Positions 1 through 8,518 of a DNA stretch of 64,000 nucleotides are shown in pieces. Numbering within the stretch: position 1 is the first letter of the stretch; each line of letters opens with the position of its first letter. A program made the translations under genes and the position numbers. The stretch spans positions 3,936,001-4,000,000 of the forward strand of contig OZ245817.1 in assembly GCA_965228475.1 (NCBI GenBank), in the 5' to 3' direction. The notes under the pieces were generated by a model. The model had not been told where the DNA came from, ran no database searches, and saw only the letters and a program-made list of their open reading frames with translations. Source of the stretch: Myxococcota bacterium. GTDB lineage: Bacteria > Myxococcota_A > UBA9160 > JAFDDA01.

Positions 1-160
1 CGTCCGCCGCCTCGAGCCCGAACTCGACGCGCCGCACGATCTCGTCGGGGATCGGGAGGCGGAGGACGGAGGCGCCGGGCGCGCGCGCCGGCAGGCTCGC
101 GAAGGAGCGGCGGCGCCGGGGGGCGAGGCGGGGGGTTCCGGAGGGCGAGGTGAGCACCAT
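1..160 (-). CDS. Possible N-terminus of a gene running off the left edge (MVLTSPSGTPRLAPRRRRSF...)
   Basis: ATG at 160 on the minus strand, frame open to the window edge, GATGCT 6 nt upstream (resembles the leaderless pattern seen elsewhere). No recognisable motif. Confidence 0.35.
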   Translation of the reverse strand, partial: MVLTSPSGTPRLAPRRRRSFASLPARAPGASVLRLPIPDEIVRRVEFGLEAAD

Positions 161-234
161 GACCGGAGCATCGGCCGGCCCCGTGTCAGGGGCGGTCACA
201 GCCCGGTGCCGCTGCCCGGAGGGCCCTGCCTCGG

Positions 235-1890
235 CTAGCCCGTCGGGGTCGGATCGCCGCTCGTCGCGGGCGGAAAGAGCTCCTCGGCGGAGGTGACCCG
301 GCCACTCCCGTCCTTGTACACGGCGTGGTGGCGGCGGAACTGGGTCGGCGCCTCGATCCCGCAGGCCGCGGTCAGCGAGTTCAGCCCGGCGCGCAGGGTG
401 ATCACGTAGTTCATGACGCGCCAGCGCTTCTCGTCGACCACGAGCCCCTGCATCAGCTTCTCGTCCGTCGTGGCGACGCCGACCGGGCACCCGTTCGAGT
501 GACACTTCTGCGCCTGGATGCAGCCGACGGAGACCATCAGCCCGCGGGCGATGTTGACCGCGTCCGCGCCGAGGCACAGGGCGATCGCGATGGCGTCGGG
601 CGAAAAGAGCTTGCCAGAGGCGATCAGGCGCACGCGGTCGCGCACGCCGGCGCGGCGCAGGGCGTCGTCGGCTTCGGCGAGGCCCGAGCGAAGCGGCATG
701 CCCATGGTGTCGGCCATCTCGCGATAGGTCGCGCCGGAGCCGCCCTCGCCGCCGTCGACCGAGAGCCAATCCGGCCCGTCGCCGCGCCAGGCGATGGCCG
801 CCGCGAGTTCGTCGAGGGAGCCCGGGCCACCGACGACGACCTTCAGGCCGACGGGCTTCCCGCCCTCGGCGCGCATGCGCTTGACCCAGTCGAGCACGTC
901 GTCGAGGTCGTGGAAGAACGGGAAGCGGTTCGGCGAATCGATCGTCTCGCCCTCGCGAACGCCGCGCAGGGCCGCGATCTCGGCGGTGACCTTCTCCCCC
1001 TCGACGTGGCCGCCGCGGATCTTCGCCCCCTGGTGCATCTTGAGTTCGAAGGCGCAGACCTCCGGGATCGCCGCCTTCTTCGCGAACTGGTTCCAGTCCC
1101 ACTCGCCGTCCTCGGTGCGCACGCCGGCGAGGCCCGGGCCGATCTGGTAGACGACGGGCCCGCCGCCGACCAGGTGATGCGGCGAGATCGCGCCTTCGCC
1201 CGTGTTCATCCAGCTCCCGGTGGCGTCGGCGAGACCGTAGGAGAGCGCCTGGATCGCGTTGCGACCGAGGGCGCCGTAGGACATCCCGCTCATGCCGATC
1301 TGTCCCGTGAGGCGCCAGGGGTGTTCGAGTTCGCCGCCGATCACGATGTGGTGCTCGGGGCTGAGCGTCCACGGCGAGACCTCGACCGTCTCCTTGCGCT
1401 CGCGCCGCGAGAAGAGCCCTTCGTCGTCGATCACGTAGCGATGGGTCTCGAGCTTGGGCTCGAGCACGGTGCCCATGTTCTCGGCGAGGGTCGGCAGCAT
1501 GGCGTTGCGCAGGTACCAGCCGGGCTTCTCGAAGTCCCGCTTCGAACCGAAGGAGACGAGGGTCTTCAGGTACTTCCCCGCCAGCACGACGGTGCCGTAG
1601 TCGTCGCGCGAGAACGGCTTGCCGGCGCGGTCGGCGTCGAAGAGGTACTGGCGAAGCTCCGGCCCGATGTGCTCGAGCAGGTACCGCATGCGGCCGAGCA
1701 GCGGGAAGTTCCGCAGCACGGCGTGCTGCGTCTGCGCGCGGTCGACGAAGCGCAGGTAGAACAGCACGAAGGGCGGGACGGCGAACATCACGACCAGCAG
1801 CGCGAAGGTGCACAGGACGGCGAGGTCGGAGAGTTCGGAAAGGGTGAAATCGCTCAGGGTCACGGCGGGCTCCCGGGTTTCCTGCCTCAT
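235..1890 (-). CDS. FMN-binding glutamate synthase family protein (stand-alone GltB2/YerD-like) with N-terminal membrane anchor
   Basis: MSYGALG, NTGEG, ELKMHQGAK, DGGEGGSGA and 3Fe-4S-type GCIQAQKCHSNGCPVGVAT motifs; hydrophobic N-terminal helix. Confidence 0.9.
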   Translation of the reverse strand: MRQETREPAVTLSDFTLSELSDLAVLCTFALLVVMFAVPPFVLFYLRFVDRAQTQHAVLRNFPLLGRMRYLLEHIGPELRQYLFDADRAGKPFSRDDYGTVVLAGKYLKTLVSFGSKRDFEKPGWYLRNAMLPTLAENMGTVLEPKLETHRYVIDDEGLFSRRERKETVEVSPWTLSPEHHIVIGGELEHPWRLTGQIGMSGMSYGALGRNAIQALSYGLADATGSWMNTGEGAISPHHLVGGGPVVYQIGPGLAGVRTEDGEWDWNQFAKKAAIPEVCAFELKMHQGAKIRGGHVEGEKVTAEIAALRGVREGETIDSPNRFPFFHDLDDVLDWVKRMRAEGGKPVGLKVVVGGPGSLDELAAAIAWRGDGPDWLSVDGGEGGSGATYREMADTMGMPLRSGLAEADDALRRAGVRDRVRLIASGKLFSPDAIAIALCLGADAVNIARGLMVSVGCIQAQKCHSNGCPVGVATTDEKLMQGLVVDEKRWRVMNYVITLRAGLNSLTAACGIEAPTQFRRHHAVYKDGSGRVTSAEELFPPATSGDPTPTG

Positions 1891-1968
1891 CGGCGCTCCG
1901 GCGCCGGATGGAGACGGGCGAAACCCGCAGCTTCGGGGTTAACCCTCAGTCGATCCCGCGCCGCGCGT

Positions 1969-3030
1969 TCAGGCGGCCGGGAAGACGTAGCCCTCCGCGT
2001 CGACGTGGCCCCGACGTCCGGTGCGGACGTAGCCGCCGAGACGGAGCGCGCGCGTCGCCTCCGGCCGGTTCCAGCAGCCGAGCGGGGCCGAGTAGGCCCC
2101 GGCGAAGGTCCCGGAGCCGGCCGGGCCGAGGGCGAGCTCGCCCTCCTCGCCGTCGGGAACGCTTCGGCCCTCGGCGTCGAGGACGACGATCTCGAGGTGG
2201 TCCGAAGCGCGGCCGAGGCTTCCCGCCGGGTCGTCCTCGGCGCGGCGCGTCACCTCCCCCGGCGCCGCAGCGCAGACCAGGCCCGGCGCCCGCGCGGCCG
2301 GCGCCGAGGCGGTCTGGAGCTCGAGCAGGGGCCCCAGGGCGAGGGCGGAGGGATCGTCCCAGCTCCCGAGGGCGACCGGCCCGGCCGGCACGCCGCTCGC
2401 CGCTGCGGCGTGGCCCGGCAGGAGCAGGCCATGCTGGCTGTGCACGAGGCCCTGGGGCCCGGCGTCGGGGTCCGCCGCAAAGCCGATCCACGCCGGCGCG
2501 AAGGGGTCCACCTCCTGGTACGCGTCGAGATCGGTTTCGCGCTCGAGCTCGAGCTGCCACTCGCCGGCATCGTCGGCCACGGTCACGCGCGCGAGGTCGC
2601 GCAGCTGCGCGCGGTGGGGCTCGATCGCGTCGTGGGTTGCCCGGTCCGCGAGGAGCCAACACGCTTCGGTGTCCGCGAGGATCTCGAGCTTGCGCTCGAG
2701 GGGCGCGGCGGCGGGCAGCGCGACCCAGACCGCGCCGAGCCGCATGGCGCCGAGGAACGCCACCCATCCCGGGAAGCCATCCGGAAGCCCGCCGGCCACG
2801 CGGTCGCCGGCCGCGACGCCCCAATCCGAGAGAACCGCGGCGGCAGTCTGGGAGCCGCGAAAGACCTCGTCGTAGGAGTGGGAGCCCTCGGCGGTGGTGA
2901 GGGCCGTGGCTTCCGGATGCTCCATGAAGCCGCGGTTCAGGAGGACCGGGAGCGTCTGGGGAAGCCCTTCGAGCGCCGGGCGGCGGCGGGACGGCGCGAG
3001 GCCGTGGCGGAACAGATAGGCATCTTCCAT
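1969..3030 (-). CDS. Degenerate, truncated AMP-binding (acyl-CoA ligase-like) protein; possible pseudoenzyme or pseudogene
   Basis: ANL-family remnants (GVAAGDRVA, GAMRLGAVWV, VPDGEEGEL, RTGRRGHVDAEGYV). The P-loop is replaced by GFAADPDAGPQG and there is no C-terminal domain. Confidence 0.7.
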   Translation of the reverse strand: MEDAYLFRHGLAPSRRRPALEGLPQTLPVLLNRGFMEHPEATALTTAEGSHSYDEVFRGSQTAAAVLSDWGVAAGDRVAGGLPDGFPGWVAFLGAMRLGAVWVALPAAAPLERKLEILADTEACWLLADRATHDAIEPHRAQLRDLARVTVADDAGEWQLELERETDLDAYQEVDPFAPAWIGFAADPDAGPQGLVHSQHGLLLPGHAAAASGVPAGPVALGSWDDPSALALGPLLELQTASAPAARAPGLVCAAAPGEVTRRAEDDPAGSLGRASDHLEIVVLDAEGRSVPDGEEGELALGPAGSGTFAGAYSAPLGCWNRPEATRALRLGGYVRTGRRGHVDAEGYVFPAA

Positions 3031-3066
3031 CGCGCGGGCAGCTTACAGCGCCGGTATCATCGCGGC

Positions 3067-3690
3067 ATGCCCGACGCGAACGACACCGCGCTCCTGACGC
3101 TGGTCCGCCACGGCGAGACCTCCGCCAACCTGACCGGCGTATGGCACGGCTCGACGGACACGCCGCTCACCGAGCGCGGCCACGCCCAGGCCGCGCGGGT
3201 GGCCGAACACATCGCCGAGACCCGCGAGGGGGCCGCGGTGCTCTACGCGAGCCCGCTGCAGCGCGCGCGGCACACCGCCGAGGCGATCGGCCGGAGCCTC
3301 GGTCTCGAGCCGCGCATCGAAGCCGGCATCGCGGAGTACGACCTCGGGAGCTGGGAAGAGAAGCCCTACCGGGAGCTGATCGAGGAGCGGAAGCTCTGGC
3401 AGCACATGGCCGAGGACCCCGACTACGCACCCCACGGCGGCGAGAGCCCGCGCCAGGTCGTCGAGCGGTTCGACGCGAGCCTCGAACGCATCGCGGGAGA
3501 GCATGCCGGCGAGCGCGTGCTGCTCGTGAGCCACGGCGGCGCCATGGCCATGTGGATGGGCGCCGTGCTGCGCGGAACGCTCGGCCAGTGGTACGAGCCG
3601 ATGCACAACTGCGCGATCAGCGAACTCGTGCTCCACCCGGAGCCGACGCTCCGAAGCTTCAACCTGCACGATCACCTCGAAGGCGTCTAG
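3067..3690 (+). CDS. Histidine phosphatase (phosphoglycerate mutase-like) family protein
   Basis: LVRHGET, SPLQRARHTA, GGES and VSHGG motifs; ATG at 3067 preceded by TATCAT. Confidence 0.9.
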   Translation: MPDANDTALLTLVRHGETSANLTGVWHGSTDTPLTERGHAQAARVAEHIAETREGAAVLYASPLQRARHTAEAIGRSLGLEPRIEAGIAEYDLGSWEEKPYRELIEERKLWQHMAEDPDYAPHGGESPRQVVERFDASLERIAGEHAGERVLLVSHGGAMAMWMGAVLRGTLGQWYEPMHNCAISELVLHPEPTLRSFNLHDHLEGV

Positions 3691-4385
3691 GTCGCGGCGG
3701 CCCGGGCGCGCTCGACGAGCCAGGCGTAGACCGACGCGCCGGTCTCATCCTGTTCGGGATGCCATTCGACACCGAGCAGGTCGCCCTTCCCCACCGCCTC
3801 GACGATCCCGTCCGGCGCCTCGGCCAGAACGTCGAGACCCGGCGCAACGCGGTCGATGCACTGACGATGGGAGGAGGCGACCTCCGCGGCGCCGGTGAGC
3901 CCGTCGAGCGCCGGGTGCGGCGCCGTCCGGCGGATCCCGTGCTCGGTGAAGCGGCCGGCACCGCCGTGGTCGATCTCGCTCGAGAAGCTCTCGTGGAGCG
4001 TCCCGCCGAGGTGGAGGTTCAGGAGCTGCATCCCGTAGCAGACGCCGAGCAGCGGACGGCCGCCGGACCTCGCCGCATCGATGAGCCGGCGCTCCCAGGC
4101 GATGCGCTCGGGCAGCTCGGGCGCGGCGCCCTCGACGCTCGGCGCGAGGAGCGCTCCGTCGGCCTCGGCACGCGCGGGAAGATCGTCGCCGCCGGAGATC
4201 ACGAAGCCGGCGCAGGCCGCGACGGCGTCCGCCACGTCGGCCTCGGGAACGAGGAGGACGGGCATCCCCCCCGCCCGCGCCACCGCGCGGCCGTAGCTCC
4301 GCTTCAGATACGCATAGTCGACGCCCTCACGGAGCCGCACGCCGGGATCGAGGCTCACGGTGATCCCGATCGTCGGTCTCACCAC
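3687..4385 (-). CDS. Peptidase C26 / gamma-glutamyl-gamma-aminobutyrate hydrolase (PuuD-like) class I glutamine amidotransferase
   Basis: RPTIGIT, SGGDD, LGVCYGMQLLN (catalytic Cys) and GVEWHPE (His-x-Glu). Confidence 0.88.
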   Translation of the reverse strand: MVRPTIGITVSLDPGVRLREGVDYAYLKRSYGRAVARAGGMPVLLVPEADVADAVAACAGFVISGGDDLPARAEADGALLAPSVEGAAPELPERIAWERRLIDAARSGGRPLLGVCYGMQLLNLHLGGTLHESFSSEIDHGGAGRFTEHGIRRTAPHPALDGLTGAAEVASSHRQCIDRVAPGLDVLAEAPDGIVEAVGKGDLLGVEWHPEQDETGASVYAWLVERARAAAT

Positions 4386-4477
4386 GGGCGGGAACCGGGG
4401 AGCAGCGGGCCAAAGGGCATCGGCCGACCATAGTGAACCGATGGTCCACCGGCCGGGCGCGGTAAGGTCTCGGCCCG

Positions 4478-5386
4478 ATGTGGGTCGAACTCTCTCTCGC
4501 CGGCGGACTCTTCCAGACGACGCGCAACGCCCTCGCGCGGAGCCTCTCCGGCCAGATTTCCCCGACCCTCAACAGCTGGTCGCGCTTCGCCTTCAACCTG
4601 CCGTTCTCGACGGCGCTCGTCGCCGCGCTCGTCTACCGCGAAGGCGCGCCCGCGCTCCCGCCCGCCTTCTTCCTCTACGCCGCGGCGACGGGCGTGACCC
4701 AGCTCCTCGGGAACGTCGCGCTGGTCGCCGCCTTCCGGCACGCGAACTTCGCCCAGTCGATCGTGCTCCATAAGCTCGAGATCGCCTTCACGGCGGTGAT
4801 CGGCGTCGCGCTCTTCGGGGAGAGCCCGAGCCTCGCGGGCTGGATGGGCGTCGCCGCCTGCACGGCCGGGGTGCTGGCCATGAACCTCGGCCGGGATTCG
4901 GGACCGAGCGGCTGGCGCCGCGCGTTCCACTTCGACGCCGGCGCCGCACTCGCCCTGGCGTGCGGCATCCTGCTCGTCTTCGCGAGCTTCATGCTGAAGG
5001 AAGGCGTCGCCGTGTTCGTCGAGGCGAACCCGCGCGTCGGAGCCGGCCGCTTCGAGGCGGCCGCGCACACCCTCTTCCACACGACGTGGATCGAGGTCGC
5101 GATCCTGAGCCTCGTGATCGGGCTTCGCTCGCCCGGCGAGTTCCGGCACGTCGGCGCGCACTGGCGCCGCATGCTCGGCATCGGCTTCACCGGGTTCTGC
5201 GGCAGCATCTGCTGGTTCTGGGCCTACCCGCTGACGCTCGTCGCCTACGTGAAGGCCGTCGGCCAGATCGAGGCCGTGCTTTCCGTCGTGCTGGCCCTCG
5301 CGGTCTGGCGCGAACGCGAAGTGTGGCGGCAGCTCCCGGGGCTCGTGCTCGTCATGGCGGGGATCGCTATCGTGCTGCTCGCCTGA
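4478..5386 (+). CDS. DMT/EamA family transporter
   Basis: About 10 hydrophobic segments in 302 aa; EamA-like LFGES motif and a two-repeat layout. Confidence 0.8.
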   Translation: MWVELSLAGGLFQTTRNALARSLSGQISPTLNSWSRFAFNLPFSTALVAALVYREGAPALPPAFFLYAAATGVTQLLGNVALVAAFRHANFAQSIVLHKLEIAFTAVIGVALFGESPSLAGWMGVAACTAGVLAMNLGRDSGPSGWRRAFHFDAGAALALACGILLVFASFMLKEGVAVFVEANPRVGAGRFEAAAHTLFHTTWIEVAILSLVIGLRSPGEFRHVGAHWRRMLGIGFTGFCGSICWFWAYPLTLVAYVKAVGQIEAVLSVVLALAVWREREVWRQLPGLVLVMAGIAIVLLA

Positions 5387-5481
5387 ATTCGGCGCCGCGG
5401 CTTCGGCGGAGGCGGACGCGCACCGCTTGCCGGCCGTTTGCCGGTGACGCGAGCGCCTCCCGCTTCGAGTAGAATCCCGGC

Positions 5482-6198
5482 ATGGTTCGCCTCGCCTCGC
5501 TCCTGCTCGCTTCGCTCCTGCTCGCCGGGCCGGCCGCGGCCTCCGACGCGAAAGGCACGGAGTCCATGACGGTCGCCGCCTACGGGGACCGCGCCCTCGA
5601 CCATCTGCTGAAGGCGCGCGAGCAGCTCGGCCAGCGCGAGGCCTTCGCCGCGGGCCAGGAACTCGTTCACGCACGGACGCTGCTCGGCCTCGCGCGAAGC
5701 GCGACGCCGGAAGGCGCGGTCCAGGAGGCGCTCGACGAAGCGCTCCGCCGGCTCGACGATCCGAAGACGAAGGCGGTCCGGACCCTGATCGCGCCGGTCT
5801 TCGAAGCGCTCGAAGCGAGCGGCCTGCCGGAGAAGCCCGGGTACACGCGCCGCTACGTCGAGCGCGCGCGCTACGAACTCCACCGCGGCAACCGCGCCGG
5901 CGCGGTCAAGGAGCTCGCCGCCGCCTCCGCCCGGCTTCCGGGCTCGAAGCTCGACCTGCCCCTGGCCACCTGCATCGACCAGGTGAACCGCGCCCTCGCG
6001 GCGCTCACCCGGCGCGACCTCGCCTCCGCCCGCCAGCTCGTGGCCGGAGCCGAGCGCTCGACCCTCGGCGTGGTCCGGGTGGCCGGCGGGCTCGACGAGG
6101 TCTTCGTCGGAGACGTCGCCGCGCCCCCGCCGCTCGCGGGGGAGACCCCGACCGAGTCGGACATCGAGCGCACCCCGGACTTCAGCGAAGGCTTCTAG
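5482..6198 (+). CDS. Secreted all-helical protein, YfdX-like
   Basis: Sec signal peptide ending AAA-S; three similar helical-hairpin segments (HLLKAREQL..., YVERARYEL..., QVNRALAAL...). Confidence 0.6.
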   Translation: MVRLASLLLASLLLAGPAAASDAKGTESMTVAAYGDRALDHLLKAREQLGQREAFAAGQELVHARTLLGLARSATPEGAVQEALDEALRRLDDPKTKAVRTLIAPVFEALEASGLPEKPGYTRRYVERARYELHRGNRAGAVKELAAASARLPGSKLDLPLATCIDQVNRALAALTRRDLASARQLVAGAERSTLGVVRVAGGLDEVFVGDVAAPPPLAGETPTESDIERTPDFSEGF

Positions 6199-6261
6199 CC
6201 CGCACGGCTCCGGCTCCCCAGGTCGCCGTAACCCTTCGTTTCTGCTCGCAAGATTCGCAAT

Positions 6262-6289
6262 TTGTCACACGATGTATACGTTGTATACT
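6262..6289 (+). promoter_or_regulatory. Sigma70-type promoter overlapped by tandem TGTATAC boxes (putative operator)
   Basis: TTGTCA (6262-6267), 16 nt, TATACT (6284-6289); TGTATAC at 6273-6279 and 6282-6288, in an AT-rich island. Confidence 0.65.
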
Positions 6290-6318
6290 TCGCATCACAC
6301 CGCGCCGGAGGAGCCCCG

Positions 6319-6834
6319 ATGCCCGGAGCCAACGACGAACGCAAGGAGCGGGTGATCCACAGCCGCGTCCCCGAATCCCTCGACGACGAGATCAAGGCCA
6401 AGGCCCAGCGCCTCGGCCTCTCGGTCTCGAACCTCGTCCGGAACGTGCTCGAGAACGCCTTCGGCCTGGTGGAAGACATCGTGGCCGACGGGGCGGACAT
6501 CGCCCGGGCGGCGCAGGAGGGCCGGCCCGGAAAGGCCGCGCGGCCCGGTGCGCGCACGCGCGCAGCGGCCGCGACGGACGAAATGGCCGGAACGCCGGAG
6601 GCCGCGGTGCTCGGCTGGCAGCCCGCCGTCCTCGAACTCAATGCCGTGTGCGAACGATGCAACGCGATCCTGCCGCGCGGGAGCGAGGCGAGCATCGGAA
6701 TCTCCGCGGGCGGGCCGCCGAGCTTCCGCTGCCGCAGCTGCGTGCCCGCCGCGCCGGCGCCGAGCGACGCCGCCGCCCCGAACGAACCCGACGAGAGCGC
6801 CCGCACCGAAGAAGGAGTCCGCCATGACGGCTAA
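6319..6834 (+). CDS. Putative ribbon-helix-helix DNA-binding protein with C-terminal CxxC...CxxC zinc finger
   Basis: GGAGGAG RBS; RVIHSRVPESLDDEIKAKAQRLGLSVSNLVRNVL fits the RHH strand-helix-helix pattern; CERC...CRSC. Confidence 0.7.
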   Translation: MPGANDERKERVIHSRVPESLDDEIKAKAQRLGLSVSNLVRNVLENAFGLVEDIVADGADIARAAQEGRPGKAARPGARTRAAAATDEMAGTPEAAVLGWQPAVLELNAVCERCNAILPRGSEASIGISAGGPPSFRCRSCVPAAPAPSDAAAPNEPDESARTEEGVRHDG

Positions 6835-8353
6835 CGCACGCAACGAGGACCTGTTCGCGGAAGCCGCCGGACGGGTCGCCGAGATCGCCGGCGTGGCGAC
6901 GTCCCTCGTGCGCAACGTCGCCGGCCACGTCGAGGCGCTCGTCGAAGACGTGGTGGACGACTCCCTCGACGTCGCCCGCGAAGCGGAGGATCTCTACGAC
7001 TCCGCGCGGACCCGCATCGACGACGCCGCCGAACTCTTCCGCGCGGCGCCGCGCATCACGCGGGTCGCGAGCGAGTTCCTCTCGATCCTCGCGCGCTACC
7101 GCGTCCACGGCGCCCTCGACGCCGCCCGCAGCGAGTGGACGGGAGAGCCGCGGAGCGACCTCTCGCGCCTCCACCGCCGGTCCGCGCGGCGCGCGCGGCG
7201 CATGGCCGAGGAGCTGCGGGGCGGCGTCCTGAAGCTTGGCCAGTTCGCGTCGACGCGCATGGACCTCCTGCCGACGGAGTGGACGCGGGAGCTCTCGAAG
7301 CTCCAGGATCGCGTGAAGCCGCTTCCCGCGAGCGAGATCACCGCGCGTCTGGCCCGCGAGCTCGGCGAGGACTGGCGCGGCCAGTTCCGGGACTTCGAAG
7401 CCGCCCCGATCGCCGCCGCCTCCCTCGCCCAGGTCCACCGGGCGACCCTCGCGGACGGAACGCCGGTGGCGGTGAAGGTGCTGGTGCCCGACATCGAGGC
7501 GACCCTCGAGGCCGACCTCGTCGCAATGCGGACCCTCCTCCCGACCCTGCGGGACCTGCTGCCGCGCGTCGACCTCGACACCCTGATCGAAGAGCTCGCA
7601 GCGTCGATCCGGCGCGAGGTCGATCTCGGCGCCGAAGCCGCCGCCGTCGCCGAAATGCGCGAAGCCTTCCGCGACGACCCGGACGTGATCGTCCCGGCGC
7701 CGCACCCCGAGGCCTCGAGCCGCGGCGTCCTGGTGCTCGACCTCGTCGAGGGCGAGCGGCTCGTCGATTTCCTCGACGGCTGCGCGGCGCGCGGGGAAGC
7801 GGGCGCCCGGGATCGCGACCGCGTCTGCCAGATCCTGATCCGGACCCTCTGCAGCCAGGTCCTCGTCCACGGCCTCTTCCAGGGCGACCCCCACCCGGGG
7901 AACTTCCTCGTCGCCCCCGGCCCCGAAGGCCCCCGCCTGGTGCTGCTCGATTTCGGCTGCGTCGAGCGGTACGAGCCGGCGCTGCGCCGAAGCTACGCCC
8001 AGCTCGCCATGGCGATCCTCGCCCGCAACACCGAGGGCATGGTCGCGGGCTTCGCGGGGCTCGGGTTCCGCAGCCGCGACGGGGGCACCGAGGGGCTCGA
8101 CGCCTACGCCGAGCTCTTCCTCTCGGCCTTCCGCGACGGCACCAACCTGGAGGAGGAAATGGATCACGGCGAGCAGATCGCCCGGATCCTCGAGCTGACC
8201 GAAGCCAACCCGATCGCCGAGATCCCGGGCCACTTCGTGCTGCTCGGGCGGATGTTCGCCTCCGTCGGGGGGCTGCTGCTCCACTACCGCCCGCGCATCG
8301 AACTCGCGGGCATCCTGCGGCCGGAACTCGCCTCGGCCCTGCGCCCAATCTGA
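6824..8353 (+). CDS. ABC1/AarF/UbiB family atypical kinase
   Basis: KLGQ, AAASLAQVH, VAVKV, DPHPGN and LLDFG motifs; AAGGAG RBS; overlaps the upstream gene by 11 nt. Confidence 0.92.
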   Translation: MTANARNEDLFAEAAGRVAEIAGVATSLVRNVAGHVEALVEDVVDDSLDVAREAEDLYDSARTRIDDAAELFRAAPRITRVASEFLSILARYRVHGALDAARSEWTGEPRSDLSRLHRRSARRARRMAEELRGGVLKLGQFASTRMDLLPTEWTRELSKLQDRVKPLPASEITARLARELGEDWRGQFRDFEAAPIAAASLAQVHRATLADGTPVAVKVLVPDIEATLEADLVAMRTLLPTLRDLLPRVDLDTLIEELAASIRREVDLGAEAAAVAEMREAFRDDPDVIVPAPHPEASSRGVLVLDLVEGERLVDFLDGCAARGEAGARDRDRVCQILIRTLCSQVLVHGLFQGDPHPGNFLVAPGPEGPRLVLLDFGCVERYEPALRRSYAQLAMAILARNTEGMVAGFAGLGFRSRDGGTEGLDAYAELFLSAFRDGTNLEEEMDHGEQIARILELTEANPIAEIPGHFVLLGRMFASVGGLLLHYRPRIELAGILRPELASALRPI

Positions 8354-8518
8354 GGGATTTCCGCAACGGCACGGCCGAGTTCCATCGAAGCGAAATTCCT
8401 CTTGCATTAACCGGGGCGAAAGGCGGATTCTTCCATTAAGGTTTTCGCTCGGTTGGGTCTGGAGTTGCGTTTTTCCCGCAGCGGCACGCCCACGGTTGAA
8501 CAAACAGGGGGGAGCGAT

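Noticed and set aside
8354..8518. Possible riboswitch or sigma54 promoter in the leader of the beta-barrel gene
   Set aside because: The GGCAC elements lack a correctly spaced GC at -12, and I could not match a known riboswitch consensus by eye.
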